64,000 nucleotides of DNA. Origin: the human T2T-CHM13v2.0 reference genome, Homo sapiens. The notes below the pieces were generated by a model. That model was not told the origin of the DNA. It saw nothing but the letters and a program-made list of their open reading frames with translations, and made no database searches. Both the position numbers and the translations under genes were made by a program. Positions 39,111 through 54,116 of the stretch are shown one piece after another (position 1 is the first letter of the stretch; each line of letters begins with the position of its first letter). The stretch is taken from NCBI RefSeq assembly GCF_009914755.1, contig NC_060934.1; one strand, given 5' to 3'.

Positions 39111-40633
39111 TGCTATCATCTTCTGGGTGCCCCCATCCCACTGGCACCCCCTGTTTACCTAGGCTTCAAGATGATGAAACATGAAAAGTCTCAGCTAGCC
39201 AGTTCGCAGAAAGGGGGATCTGAGAAAATAGTTCTGATTCAGATGTTAACGACAGCCCTAGTTCCCCTGTTTTACACAAAGGAAGCAGCATTGTTTTGGA
39301 TCCTAGCAGGAAGGGCTAGTCCAGGAGCTGGAGAGGAAGCCCACACTTAGCTCCGCACCTTTGGGACTTGGCCGGCACCTAGGATGGCAGCTCCTGGCAG
39401 CAGAGGAAGGGAAGGCAAGGCCCAGGAGGCCCTTCAAGGAAACCCCCGCCGAGATGCTGGAGGGGAGAGGACTCCAGGAGGCCACTGGGTGTTCAATGCT
39501 AGGAAATCAACACGGCGATGCCTGCATCCCACAGCCAAGGCACTGGAAGTGGCATTTTCAGCAGGTCTGCAGCAGAAGAACAAGTGGGACGATGGAAAGA
39601 AAACAGGGCCCACTTAGCACTTCTCAAAAGTCCCTAGATTTGGAAGGTGATCTGCCTGAATACGACTTTCTTTAAACCCATATATTTGACTTGTAAAAAT
39701 GGACATTTGCGGTATCAAAAGTGAGTGCATTCTTGGGAAATATACTAGCAAAATTCAATGAGACTTGAATTAGAAAGTGCTCAATGGATGTCCAGGATGT
39801 ATACAGCCTGGACAAATGACCTAGACAAGGAAGAGGAGACACCTCTGGCTGGAGGTTGGCAGTCAGCCACTGTCTTCCCAGCTGTGGGGCCTGAGGCCTG
39901 GGCTGAGAGATCTAGACACAGGCGGGTGACCTGCCCCCCAGGCCCCACCTGCTCTCCCCTGCAGCCCCTACAGCATCACTCCAGACCTTGAGCAGGCCTG
40001 CCTCACCCCTACCCTCAGCACGTAGAATGTCTTCAATTCCTAGGCAAACTCGGATGAGTTCAGGGCACCGTGACATCTTTTAAACACTGGGCATGTTTGC
40101 AAAGTGGTCTCCCTGACCCACACATGGGCAAGGTTGTTTAGTGATGTTGGCTGAGGAACCATTTCGGTCTGAAGGATGGCAGCAAAATGCATTGGCTGAG
40201 TCACTTTTGAAGTAGCTCCTTACTGAGAACAAACCACAGAGGCTGCTCAGATTTTCATAGGCTTTTGAAGCTAGTGAAGAAAAGACTTTGTAGCAGCATA
40301 GAAATCATAGAAATCCAACCCAAACTTCAGGAAATGCCACTGAGGACATAAGGTGTTTCTTTTATTTTTCCCGAGTGGTATCACAATTTCTAAATTCAAC
40401 CTGTTCCTATGCACGAGTTGTAAGTGCTGAGATTGCACCCAAGGATGAGAACAGTTTCCTTCTTGAAGGATCTACAAGCTCTCTGGGGTACCCAGTTTGT
40501 GGGGGTGGGATGGAGTGGGAAGGACCCTGTAGGAAGCTGGGCGCATGGAGCTTTTGGCAGGAGAGTCCTGACTCAGCCTGCCCCTTGACTGCTACAGGGC
40601 CTGGCCCAGTGAAGAACAGAGTGGGGCTTATTC

Positions 40634-40733
40634 ATGATTGATTAGCTTAATATTTAATGATTATTGATTAATTGATATAATGATTATCAATGGTTTGACT
40701 GATGGGTTTAGTGATTATTCACGATTGATTTAT
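40634..40733. repeat. Degenerate (TGAT/TGATT)n low-complexity tract
   Basis: Repeated TGATT, TGATA and ATTGAT words over ~100 bp. Confidence 0.7.
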
Positions 40734-40799
40734 TCTTGTTTTAAAGTAGGTGAAATAGTTTCATAACAAGATAGCATTTCATTTATTTCCAAGGAGACA

Positions 40800-41715
40800 T
40801 TTAATAACCATATATCCAAATGGAGATGAATCTATTGTGTCCTTTTTGATGATCTCAATAAAACAACTCTTTCTCCATCACAGCCCTAACAAAGATCACT
40901 CCCAGATCTTCATGTCCAATCCAGATCTCAAATCTCTGTGAAGCTTCCCCACCAGCACCTGCTACACCACACCTGGGCTGGGCTGGGCACCAACCTCCAT
41001 CCAACCAGCTGCTGGCTCTGTGTGCTACCGCCTCCCACCACCCACACCATCCCAGGCTGCCCACCCCCAACTAGCCTCTCCTTTCCTCTCATGGCTCATA
41101 TTCCTCAGCCAGTGATTCCCTCCTGCCTCTTGTGTGGCCACACTCCAAGTCAGACTGTACATATCCTTCAGTACCCCCATTGTCCATCAAAATAAGTCTA
41201 ACGTCCTTGCCTACACACCCAAGACCCTTCCTCACGCAGTCCGACTGACAGTCCTTCCAGCCTTTTCTCCCCCAGAGGCTCTGTACGTGGCCAGTGAACT
41301 AGCCCCATCAGAACTCAGCATCCCAGCCGGCCCTATGCGGATGTACCATGTCTTTGGACAAGCAATGGCATCTTCTTGCAAAACTTTCCGTCCCCCGTTG
41401 CCTTTGGCCCAGAATCTCTCCAGCCTGCAGGAGTCCATTAAAATCCTTCTTCCTTATCCTGTCTTTTCAGATCTACCCATCCAGGAGCAATGTTTGTTTT
41501 CCTTGGAATCTACCCATGCCTCTCGCCTCTACGATGACACCATCCTCCCTCTACCTCACCCACTTGTTCAACCACCCAGCAGCTGCCACCTGCCATGCAC
41601 TATGAGTTCATCCGATTGCGCCATGGGACTCATGAGTCCCTGGAGGACAGACACTGTGACTTATCCCTCATTACACTTCTCGGGCCTGGCTCAGTGCCTG
41701 ACTTACAATAGGTTT
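40800..41715 (+). mobile_element. L2 3' region, highly diverged
   Basis: C/T-rich interior ending CCTGGAGGACAGACACTGTG...GGCTCAGTGCCTGACTTACAATAGG. Confidence 0.55.
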
Positions 41716-43189
41716 CCCAAACCGCTAGATTAAGATTGAGTTCACTACAGGAGCAGGTGTGTTTAGCAAGAGTGCTTTTCAAAACATCATGTTGATCAGA
41801 ATAACTCTGGCCACTGTTTCCATTCCATATTTCTGCTGTAAAGTCTCAACTAAAAGGGGGAAGCCCTTGCCATTCGGAATGCATTATTCCCTTTGGAGAA
41901 ACCTAGGTGGTGGGGAGTTCTTCCTGGCTGGTAGTCACCGCCTTCTGCCCTGGGCGCCCCTGCCTCCAGCCCCCAGGGCTTGCTTCTCTACCACCGCAGG
42001 CAGTCCTTAGCCTCTGGGCCTGGAAGCGGGGCTGAGGCCAGCCCTGCCACAGCGAGGCAAGCCCACCCATTTTGCATCTGTGTAAACCCAAGTGCTAGCA
42101 GCAATATTCATCTTAATTTTCTCTTTAAACCCTTGAGTTGCATTATAGCTTCCATTGTGCTGGTGACAGACAAATGCCTTGCAATAAATCAAAGTTAGGG
42201 TGACTGATACACTAAACACCTCTGCTTAATGATGTGATTGTTTCTTATCTGCAAAGTAATGTCACTTATGGCTTTGCTATTTATAGTCAATGTAGTGTTA
42301 GACCATTTTATGCCCCTGATGCCTCTGTGGCCAGCCCATTAGCTGTGATTATGGACCAAAAGGGGATACAGCCTCTGAAAGATTGGCGAGAGAAGCCTTC
42401 AGAGTGTTCAAGTCATCTCTACCCACGGAAAGCCCGGCTCCTCGTCCTGAGACTGCCTGCAGTTTCTTGCAGGCACAGGTGAGTAAATAAGATGCTGGCT
42501 GACAAATCCTGTTTGTGCTCCACTTGTATTAGTACTGAGCATCTCCAGGACAGCAAGATACATATGAAATGTTAAAAAAAAGAAAAAAAAAAGACAAGGG
42601 GCTGCTTCTCTCTCTGGCTCAGCCTCCAGCCCAGCAGGGCTCAGGCAGGGCGTGTGGAGAATGTGCGAGGACTGGGCCTTTGCAAGCAAGTCTCCTGTTG
42701 GGCTGGCCCAGGCTCTGCCGTTCATTCATTATTTGCTAAGCTATTTGCCCAAACTATTCTCTTTGAACAGGGTGTCGGTGGGGAGAGCAGACTTCGCCTG
42801 GGTCTCCCTGCTCTGCTCTGTCCCCGTGCTGTGAGACTTGCTGCCAGCTTCAAAGGCGGCCCCCAGGGTGAGACCAGGGTCTGGGCTCCTGGGCAGCCCC
42901 CTGCTCCTCCTGTGCCAGGCTCCCAGCCCCGAGCTTCTGCACAGGCCCTGCAACTCCCCCTCCCCCTCCCCCCAGTCTCTGGGCTCCAAACAGCCTCGAG
43001 GAGCAGGACCCAGAGTGGCTGGCTACTCAGGGAGAAGGAGCAGGACAGCAGCATTGTAGAAATCCCTTTACAATGTTGGACACCTTGGGGGCAGCTGTGG
43101 CCATTCAAAACTGTGCCAGGGCGGGTCTTTCCTATGGCCCAAGGATCCCACAGCTTCAGGAACAACACTTTCATTGGACGAGTAGTGGC

Positions 43190-43675
43190 TTTGGTGGGTA
43201 GAACTGGGTTCTCCAAAAACATATGTTCCAGTCCTAGGCCTGGTACCTGTGAATGGGACTTTATTTGGAAATAGAACCTTTGCAAACACAATCAAGATAA
43301 GAGAAAATCATACTGGATTAGGAAGGGCTCTAGTCCAGTGACTGGTGTCCTTATAAAAAGAGGGAGACTGGGGACACAGACTCAGGGGAAAACACCATGT
43401 GAAGAAATACACAGGAAGACAGCCTCAGGCTGACAGACACAGAGATTGGGGTGATGCCTCTATAAGCTGAGGGACGCTGAGGACTGTTGGAAGACACCCG
43501 AGCCAGGAGAGAGGCATGGGGCAGGCTTTCCCTTGGAGCCTCCAGAAGGAACCCACCCTGCCAACACCTTGATTTCAGACTTCTGGCCTCCAGAACTCTG
43601 AGAAAATAAATTTCGGTTGTTTTAGGCCACAAGCTTTGTGGTAATTTGTGATGGCAGTCACAGGAAACTAATACG
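43190..43675 (+). mobile_element. MLT1C-like MaLR solo LTR
   Basis: GGTACCTGTGAATGGGACTTTATTTGGAAATAG...CCTTGATTTCAGACTTCTGGCCTCCAGAACT...GGAAACTAATAC. Confidence 0.9.
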
Positions 43676-46600
43676 GAACCAAATGACTTCGCTGAGCCCT
43701 CAACAGATGTCAGGGTAGGCCCTTTGCTGGGAGTAAAGTGACCAGCTGCCAGGCTGCCCACTTGGCTCTCAGAGGGCTCCTCTCTGAGCTGGAACAAGGG
43801 CATCAGAACACAGAGGGTTAAAGCCTCATCTGTAGATAAACAACCTCATGCACACTGCATGCTGTGCGTGTATATTTATGTTGCTTATGTTTTATGCCTC
43901 CATCCTCAACTCCTCCTGTATACCACGCCATTAATTTTCCTTTGATGTTTTGAAAAGAATGAACTCTATGTTTCTCTCAGCTGAGCAGTACCAACCAAGG
44001 GCACATTCAACCCGTCTAGCCTAGCACATTTTCCTGAGCCAGCGAGGAGTTGGGCTCATACTTTGCCTTCGTTCCCTAAGTCATGGCGGACTTTGGGCAT
44101 GGAGCTTGGTGAGTGGATGATATTACTCACACATTCAGCATTCATTTGTGGAGGCTTTTGCAATTTACCATGTGCTTTTTGCGCACTGTATGAGTCAGGA
44201 TGCATCTGAAGGCAAGATTCAGGAATCCAGCTAAAAGTGGCACTACTGCCCTGTCCAGAAAGAAGTGGTTGAAGAGTTCCAGCAGTGGCTCAGTCATGAG
44301 CCCCGTGACACCCACAAGGGCCCTGGCACCTTCCATCCTTCCATCTAGCATCCTCAGGGGGCATGTAGTAGGCTTGGCTCTCTGCAACCATCATGTGGCT
44401 GAAGACAGAGAAGGACAGGAGGAGGTAAAGACAGATAGAAGACGAAAGAGGGAGGAGGAGGAAAAAGTGTCTTTTAGGAAGCCGGCCAACCATGACGGTT
44501 GCGCACATATTTCATTTTAACTTAGAGATCATCATTTCACAATAAATACCACTTTATAAATGTTTAAATACAATTTAAGGAGATAAAGCAGAGACTCATT
44601 AGCCACTTGGTAACAGATGCAGAAATATCAAAATGATCATTACCAAAATTATCAAAAAACAAACAAATCAAAAACCCAGCATGGCTTCAGGTGCAGGGCT
44701 GAGAAGCGTCTTTTGTTAGCAACTACCTCCGTGAGTCAGAGGGGACCTACCGCCGGATGGATACAACAGACGTTCAGGAACGGGATAAACATTGGCTCCA
44801 TGTGCTTTCGTATCACTTAAAAGAAGAAATCTGTAGTGCTTTTATATCCCCTCTTACAAAAATCACAAATGCTATGAACTGCTCAACCTTTAAACCAAAT
44901 GTGATGTTTCAGAGTTCTGACACTAACAGGAACATTTTAATTAAAAAGTAAGCTGGTGGGAAGGCTTATAAAATTCTGTGAAGTAAAAAAGATGTTTTAA
45001 ACATGTAGGGACCCTTTGGGGGTAGAAAAAAGGGATTTTGCAGTAGTAATAGCTCTATTCCATTTTAATATTTTTGAATGTAGAGGTGTTTTTTAATCCT
45101 GTTCTAGAGAAAGCAAGATTTATCCTGATTATGTAGCAGTAACAAATGGTGAGGGAAGCGCTGTAAACACTACTCTAGCATGCATTTTATTTTTTGGTGG
45201 TATCCTTCCGCTTCTGGTTGAAAAGAGGAATAAATTAAATATGATTGCATGGGACTGCTTTATGCTTACTCAAGAGTGCTTGCCGTTGATGTCGATCCAG
45301 TAACAAACCTATTTTTCAAAGGGGGACGCTGGGGCTTGTGTTCATTCTCTAAGTATCCTCAGTGCTGAGCTTATCATTAGGGTATCTTTGGCAGTTCAGA
45401 CTGAAATTAGCAAGTGTTATTAAAGAGTTTCAGTTATGCGGCTAAGAAATGGCTGCCTTTAGAACGGATGCTCTTTATTCAAACTTTCAATGTCAGTTAT
45501 CATTTTTAAAGCAGCTTGACCTGGAAGCATGCAGCTAACATTGTGGGAACTGTTAATGACAGTTTTATTGGGCACTCTGCTTATGGTTCACATTTTGAGG
45601 TCTGTATGTAATTGATCTTTCTCCCCTACATGAGAAACACAGCAATAAGCTGGTTGCAGCACCACATTATAGATATAGAGAAATAATAATGATGTCACCT
45701 TGAGATTCAAAGATCGTGGAATAGTAATAGTCTCCTAGCTCATTTCTCCCAACTGTGATGACCTCTCCAATACTAAATCTTAACAGTCTCAGCATTATTT
45801 TTGAATTATTCATGCTAGCCTTTTCCCTCACTACAAAATCAAGGAAAATGAATGCATCATGCTCTGTCAGCTCCACAGGTATTTTGGTAAAAATATAAAA
45901 TGTTATTTGGCATCACAAAAAAGGGCGAAACAGTAGTAACACAATGATGCAAGTGGCATGCTTACCTCGCACAGAAACACAAACGCAAACATCCATTTGT
46001 AGAAAATAAGACCAGGTGCATTTCCCCCATCAATTGTGAATTGATCGTTGGCTAATCATGTTGGGGTTAGCTGGATTGTGAGAAGTCTATGGCTTTAAAT
46101 ACAAAGTGCATAATAGGATTAGAGTCTATCATCAATCTGCCCCCCAAATTACACTAATAAGTAACGTCTAGAAATGTGTGCACTCTCTGTGATGGCCAGT
46201 TTTAGCCAACATTAGACTTAAAGCTGTTGCTTTCGAAATATCAAATCAGCATATATTTCTTATTTTAATTCAAATTATGTAGAGATAGCAGCTTGACAAC
46301 TCTCCTAGTTTAGCCAGCCTAGAGAATATGGGAGTGCTACAGTTTTATTCCAGTGATGGATCTCATAAAAAGTGCATGTGGGAATAAAATAAAATGCATG
46401 TAAATGTAAACTCAGGCAGGTACTCTGATCCATCTGTAGCCTGTGACCTTTAAGTTCATGATGAAAAACAAATGTCAAGCTTTCAGAAGACAGGAGTATC
46501 CCTGGCTTGGCTGGGGTGGTGTGTGCTGTCGCGCAGACTGTATTAATTTAGGATGGCATCAATAACCTTGAAATCAGGATTTTGCACTAAAAACCCAGGT

Positions 46601-47323
46601 TTATGTTTATTCAGAATCCAAAGAAAAAAGGCAACTTTATTTAAAGAGGCCCTTCAGCGGCGAGTGGGTAATTGTTGCTCACCACTTAGATTTTTGGAGC
46701 TGCCGCCGGCTTCCATGGCAACAGATGCCTAAGACTGTGAGGACCCAGAGATGTTCCTTAAAGAGTCTTTTTATTCTGCATATAATGCTAATTATAGATG
46801 TGCTCTGCTCATTCGGCTAAGTAGGCCACACCTTGAGAGAAAGTGTGGTCAGTCAAGACCGTGCCTCGACCAAAATGCCGCGGATTCCTTGGGGACTGAG
46901 ACAAAGTGCCATTTTGTTGTGCAATGTAGACTTATTTCTGAATGCATTTTTTTTCCTGGTAAAGAAAGAAACAGTCAAAGAAATCACTCGTTCCCATCAC
47001 TGGACTGTAGGCACAAGCGATTTGGCCATAAGTCGTGCCTGGCTGAGCAAGCTCTCCACCACTCCCTGTTCTGATGAGAGAGCCCATAGTCATGTCCTCG
47101 TACTTGCCATGATGAGATTAATGGCAGGTCTGGTAGAGTCACACAGTGCCTTCAAATCATCCAAGGCTGAATTATGCTCAGTACAGACTTCACATTAAGT
47201 ATGTTCCATTATATTCCAATTCTTTAAAACTTGGTGTAATAGGGTTAATTACTGGTAAAAAAACAAAAATAAAAATAAAAATAACTGGTATATTGCCTTT
47301 TCCACTGCTATGGGGTTCTCAGC

Positions 47324-47347
47324 AAAAAAAAAAAAAAAAAAAAAAAA

Positions 47348-47379
<32 letters not shown>

Positions 47380-47395
47380 TAGGAGAGAAAGAGAA
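47324..47395 (+). repeat. A25 followed by a (GA)n polypurine tract
   Basis: A run 47324-47348, GA repeat to ~47379, purine-rich to 47395; no Alu or L1 body in front. Confidence 0.95.
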
Positions 47396-47580
47396 TCTGA
47401 GCTTGTCTCCCCCAAGAACAGCAGCCAGACTCTGTTAGGGCTTGCCCAGGGAGAAGTTAAATGCTTCTTTTGATGTTTGAGAAGTTGCCCTGAATTCAAG
47501 CCCCACCCATCCTTGGTTGGAAAAGCCCAGCAGCTGGGATGCGAGGCTGCCCCAAGAGGAGAAGAAAGGGCTTCACTTAC

Positions 47581-47634
47581 CTGGAGCTGATGCAAGGGGA
47601 GTGGCTGTACCTCGGGCCCTTTTACGCTTGTAGG
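47581..47634 (-). other. Candidate minus-strand exon (54 nt)
   Basis: Minus strand: branch-like CTCAC, TCCTTTCCTTCCCCAG acceptor, 54-nt body and consensus CAG|GTAAGT donor. Splice motifs only. Confidence 0.4.
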
Positions 47635-47704
47635 CTGGGGAAGGAAAGGATTTTGGAGGTGAGTAGCGGAGACCAGTCCCTGCCCCCTCACAGTGGTCTG
47701 GACG

Positions 47705-47868
47705 TAGGATGGCCAGATACAATACAAAATGTCCAGAAAATTTTGAATTTCAGATAAACAATACACACAATCTTGGGGGCATATTTACACAAAAAAATCT
47801 TGTTGTTTGTTGGAAATTCATATTTAACTGGGCATCCTGGATTTTTATTTGCTAAATCTGGGGACAGT
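47705..47868. mobile_element. MER53 palindromic hAT MITE
   Basis: GCCAGATACAATACA...TTTGAATTTCAGATAAACAA / TTGTTTGTTGGAAATTCATATTTAACTGGGCATCCTG...TGCTAAATCTGG. Confidence 0.85.
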
Positions 47869-48354
47869 GGGAGGCCATAGCCAGGGCTGAGATGGAGGTG
47901 GCTGCCTGAGGACCTGGGCCTGAACCTTGGCCTGACCCTAGCCAGGAAGGTCCTGGGTGAGTCTTCTCCCAACTTCTTGTCTGTCTCCACCCAAGTCGCC
48001 TGACCAGCAAGTCCTAAAAGTATCTTCATCCTCAGTGATTCCACTGCTCAAGACCAGGGGCTGCCTGTCACTTAGCAGGCCAAATCTCCATTCTGGGGTC
48101 TAGCATGGGAGCCCTTCCTCGAAGGTAAGACTGAAAGAGTAGCAGCCATGGTCAGACCAGGTGCCCACCAGGGCTCTTTCCCTGCAATCTACAAAACCTC
48201 AGCCAAGACTTTCATGTTCTCTGAGCTTTGAATACCCCATCGGGGTGGGGACCAGCCTAGGGCTGACCAAATGATCCCAAATTTCTCCTTAACTGCTTTT
48301 ACTTACTTTGCTTTTACTCCCCACTGAAGAACATTTTTTTGGCCCACTTTCACT

Positions 48355-49353
<999 letters not shown>

Positions 49354-49709
49354 TCAAATAAAATATTGGCTATCCTCCTGCTTTCCTAATGATGAAACCA
49401 AAAAATACGTGGAAAGCTATGATTTTTATTGGCTGAAAGTTGGCAAAATCTCAATGGCTGAATGTAATGCTTGTTGTACATGTCTGGGGGTTTTACTCAC
49501 GGGCCAGCAATGCTTGAATAAGTCAAAAATAAAGACATCCATAATTCATAAATGAGTATGTACTTTTTCAGTAAAATTTATTTTTCTTGCCTCATTCAGT
49601 ATAATCAATAATTATGTTGTATGAGCAAGATTTTCACATAATTCATCTTTTAACATTAATGTGATAAAGTGCCAAATTTTGAATGCATTTTTGTCAAAAA
49701 TGTACATTA

Positions 49710-50030
49710 AGCCTGGTGCAGTGGCTCTCACCCGTAATCCCAGCACTTTGAGACGCCAAGGCAAGAGGTTTGCTTGAGGCCAGGTGTACGAGTCCAGCCT
49801 GGGCAACAGTATGAGACCTCATCTCTAAAAAATGTGTTTACAAAACTATCCAGGCATGGTGGTGCATGCCTGTGGGCCTATCTACTCAAGAGGCAGAGGC
49901 TGAGGCGGGAAGATCACATGAGCTCAGGAGTTCAAGGCTGCAGTGAGCTATGGTCATCACACCACTGTACTTCAGCCTGGGTGACAGATTGAGATCGTGT
50001 CTCTAAAAATTTTTTTTTAAAAAGGAAATT
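49710..50030 (+). mobile_element. AluJ
   Basis: J-type CCTGGGCAACA..GAGACC and GGAGTTCAAGGCTGCAGTGAGCTATG; diverged. Confidence 0.92.
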
Positions 50031-50295
50031 AAATGTAAATTTAGAAAATAAATTTAAATAATTTTTCATATTTTCAAAAAGTATTGCCTCTAAAACATTC
50101 AAAATTAGCTGTTAAAAAGCAAAACACAAATTTTAATTATGGAAGTAACTTTAATCAAAGCTAGTTTTTTAAAAAAAACTTTGAAAATTTAATTAAATCA
50201 CCTGAAATATTTAGGTAAAAATGAAACTATTTATGATTCCATTGAGAACTGTAACCAGACCAGAAAATGCTGTGTTGCTTATATAAAAAAAAGTA

Positions 50296-50488
50296 GGCCA
50301 GGTGTGGTGACTCACACCTGTAATCCCAACACTTTGGAGGCTGAGGCTGGAGGATCACTTGAGCCCAGGAGTTACAGACCAGCTTGGGCAATATAGGGAG
50401 ACCCCATTTCTATAAAAAATTTAAAAAAAGAATTAGTTGGGGCTGTGATTGTGCCATGCCAGCCTGGATAACAGAGCGAGACCCTGTC
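50296..50488 (+). mobile_element. AluJ with an internal right-arm deletion
   Basis: Left arm with CACTTGAGCCCAGGAG; right arm jumps from TTAGTTGGG to GCTGTGATTGTGCCA. Confidence 0.88.
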
Positions 50489-50710
50489 AGAAAGAAAGGA
50501 AACAAAAGAGAAGGAAGAGAGGGAAGAAAGGGAAGAAAAGAAGGAAGGAAGGAAGGAAGGAAGGAAGGAGTGAGTGAGTGAGTGAGTGAGTGAAGGAGGG
50601 AGGGAGGGAAGGAGAGAGGGAGGGAAGAGAGAGAGAAGGAAGGAAGGGAGGGAGGGGGAGGGGAGAAAGAGAAGGAAGGAAGGGAGGGAGGGAGAGAAGA
50701 AGAAAGAAAG
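50489..50710 (+). repeat. Compound purine microsatellite (GAAA/GGAA/GAGT/GGGA)
   Basis: Alu-tail derived; six consecutive GGAA at 50543-50566, then (GAGT)n and GGGA blocks. Confidence 0.95.
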
Positions 50711-51344
50711 CATATCTCACTTCATGTAGGTTATAACTAGACCTACATTTATGCAAATTTGAGACTATGCATTGCTTAATATTGTCAGCCATGGTTCCTC
50801 AGCAACCACATGCAATTGTTGTGGACCCCGTGCTCACTGGAGCAGCTCTGGAATCACACATTGGATCATGAAGACAAGTAAGAAAATGGACACTGGGCAA
50901 TTCTGGGAAGTGATACTTCATTATACAACAATCTATAGTAACCCTGCTTAAAAGAACGGTGTGAGAAGTTAATACATTTCTCTTTGCTCTTCCCTACTCA
51001 AGTCCCCCTTACAGACAGAGGCAGCATCTGTCTCCCATGGAGCAGCTCCACCACAAACCTCTGTGGTACTAAGACGATGGCACAAGGTGGGTGATTTCTG
51101 TGTGTAGGGGGGCTGGGAGGGTGTGTTCCCAGGACCCGAGTATCATCAGAATTCAGAGCAAATGTTTCAGGGTCCTGCCTTGCCAGCACCAAGCCCTGCT
51201 CCATGACCACTTAGAAACCCACATGTTCTTGCCTAAATGGCATGTGTATGTGTGTGCACATATGCCTGCAGTAAGAGGGGCCCTGTAGGAAAGGAGACCC
51301 CCTGAGAGCCTCCCACTTTGGGCAAGGTCTAAGGGCAGTGGCCC

Positions 51345-51672
51345 CTAGAAGGATGGACTTGCCATCCTCTAGATGGGGAAGCTGTGGGTGAAGTAGCTTT
51401 GGGAGGGGATGTACAGATCAGGAATTCAGAAGTGGAGATGTTGACTTTGCAGTGTCTTTTAGTTACCCAGAGGAAAGTAGGCAGGCAGCTGTATAAAGGG
51501 GTCTGGATTTTGAGAGAGAAATCTCAGCTGGAGATAACAGATCTGTGAGTCATTAGTGGGTGATGTTCTATGATGCCTTCTGCCTGGAAGATACCACTAA
51601 AGTATGAATGTGGATGTGAAAGAGAGAGTCCAGGGGCTGGATCCTAGGGCATGAAACCCGAAGGCTGGGGAC
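51345..51672 (-). mobile_element. L2, continuation of the 48355-49240 element
   Basis: GAAGGATGGACTTGCCATCCTCTAGATGGGGAAG...AGGCAGCTGTATA...CTGGAGATA. Confidence 0.75.
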
Positions 51673-52710
<1,038 letters not shown>

Positions 52711-54116
52711 ATGCTAAAATAGAGAGAGAGAGATTAAAATAAGGGTTGAAAGAGTTGAAGAGTTGGGTACAAGATCAGGGACAATTGACAGGGACAGAGA
52801 AGGAGGAACCAGCAGCAGTGTGACTTTGGCCAAAGTCACACTCCTCTCTGCAGGCCTGCAGCTCTCTGTCCAGCTCAGAAAGTCTCATGGCATGTTGCAC
52901 TCACTGGATGTTATTCCTCGTCACTGTTATTCCTTGAAAGTCCTCCGACTTTGGACTTGGACTTTGGATCTCAGTCACTGTCCACTGCACTTGCTCTTTC
53001 CACCTCAGTCAATAAGTCACTCCTCTAACCCACTCACTCATCATTTCAATACTTGTGTGCAAATAATTCTAAACTTCACTCTCTTGTGCCTAATATGTTC
53101 AGTTTTGTCATCTCCTCCCTGCCACCCAAATGGCAGATTATTTCTTTTCAAAATGAATGGTGCATGAATGAATGAATCAATGAGGTGGTCCGTCAATAAG
53201 GAAGTGTCTTCTTGCTCTTCTCAAGTCTGCTTTTGACATTATCATGCCCATGGTTGGGGCTTGCCCTGTAGAAGGAAGAGCAGAAGGACATGGGAGAAGA
53301 GAACAAGAGTGCTAGTTAGTAGAGGTGGGGTCTTTCTCAGAAATAATAAATAGAGTGAGTGTTTCTCAGGAGGTTAATGCACCACACATTTCAGTACCTG
53401 AATGGCAGCTCTTATTTAAGACTATATAGATGTGAGGAAAATGAATGCCTGCCTTAGTTCTCTTCAGGGATTGTCAATGAATCTATGTGTGGCATCTCTA
53501 GACCCATGGGGACGTCTTTAAGACATAGTCCAAGAGGTGAATTTCAACACGGGGTCTCAGGTTGCATGGTCTGAGTTACACACAGGGGAGGAGTGAGTTA
53601 AAATGGTCAACACATTTGTGAAATGATCTTTAATGTTTTTAAGTACCAGCATGTGGTGGTATATATTATGTGTCAACTTTACTGGGCCACAGGGTGCCCA
53701 GATATTTGGTTAAACATTATTCTGGGTGTGTCCACAAGGGTGTTTCTGGATGAGAAACATTCAAATTTATAGACTGAGTCAAGAAGGTTGCCCTCCCCAA
53801 TGTGGGTCAGCCCCTTTCGATCCACTGAGGGCCTGAATGGAAAATAAAAAAGACCGAGTTCTCTCTGCCTGGCTGTCCTTGACCTGGGACGTTGGTCTTC
53901 TCCTGCTTTCAGATTTGGACTTTGACTAGAACCACACCACCAGCCCTCCTGGTTCTCACACCCATAAACTCGGACTGGAACTTACACTATCAGCTCTCCT
54001 GGGTCTCCAGCTTGCCACCTGTGGATCTTGGGACTTCTCAGCCTCTGTAATTGCAGGAGCCTATTCCTTATAATAAGACATAAATCTCATTATATACATA
54101 TTATTATATATATATA

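Noticed and set aside
41134-41733. 199-aa ORF
   Set aside because: Lies in decayed C/T-rich L2 sequence; non-ATG start; no domain.
42654-43291. Overlapping 206-aa (+) and 189-aa (-) ORFs
   Set aside because: GC-rich, stop-poor sequence running into an MLT1C LTR; no recognisable protein.
47705-47868. MER53 as a miR-1302-family precursor
   Set aside because: The miR-1302-like arm (47773-47793) is diverged, and its complementary central arm appears deleted.
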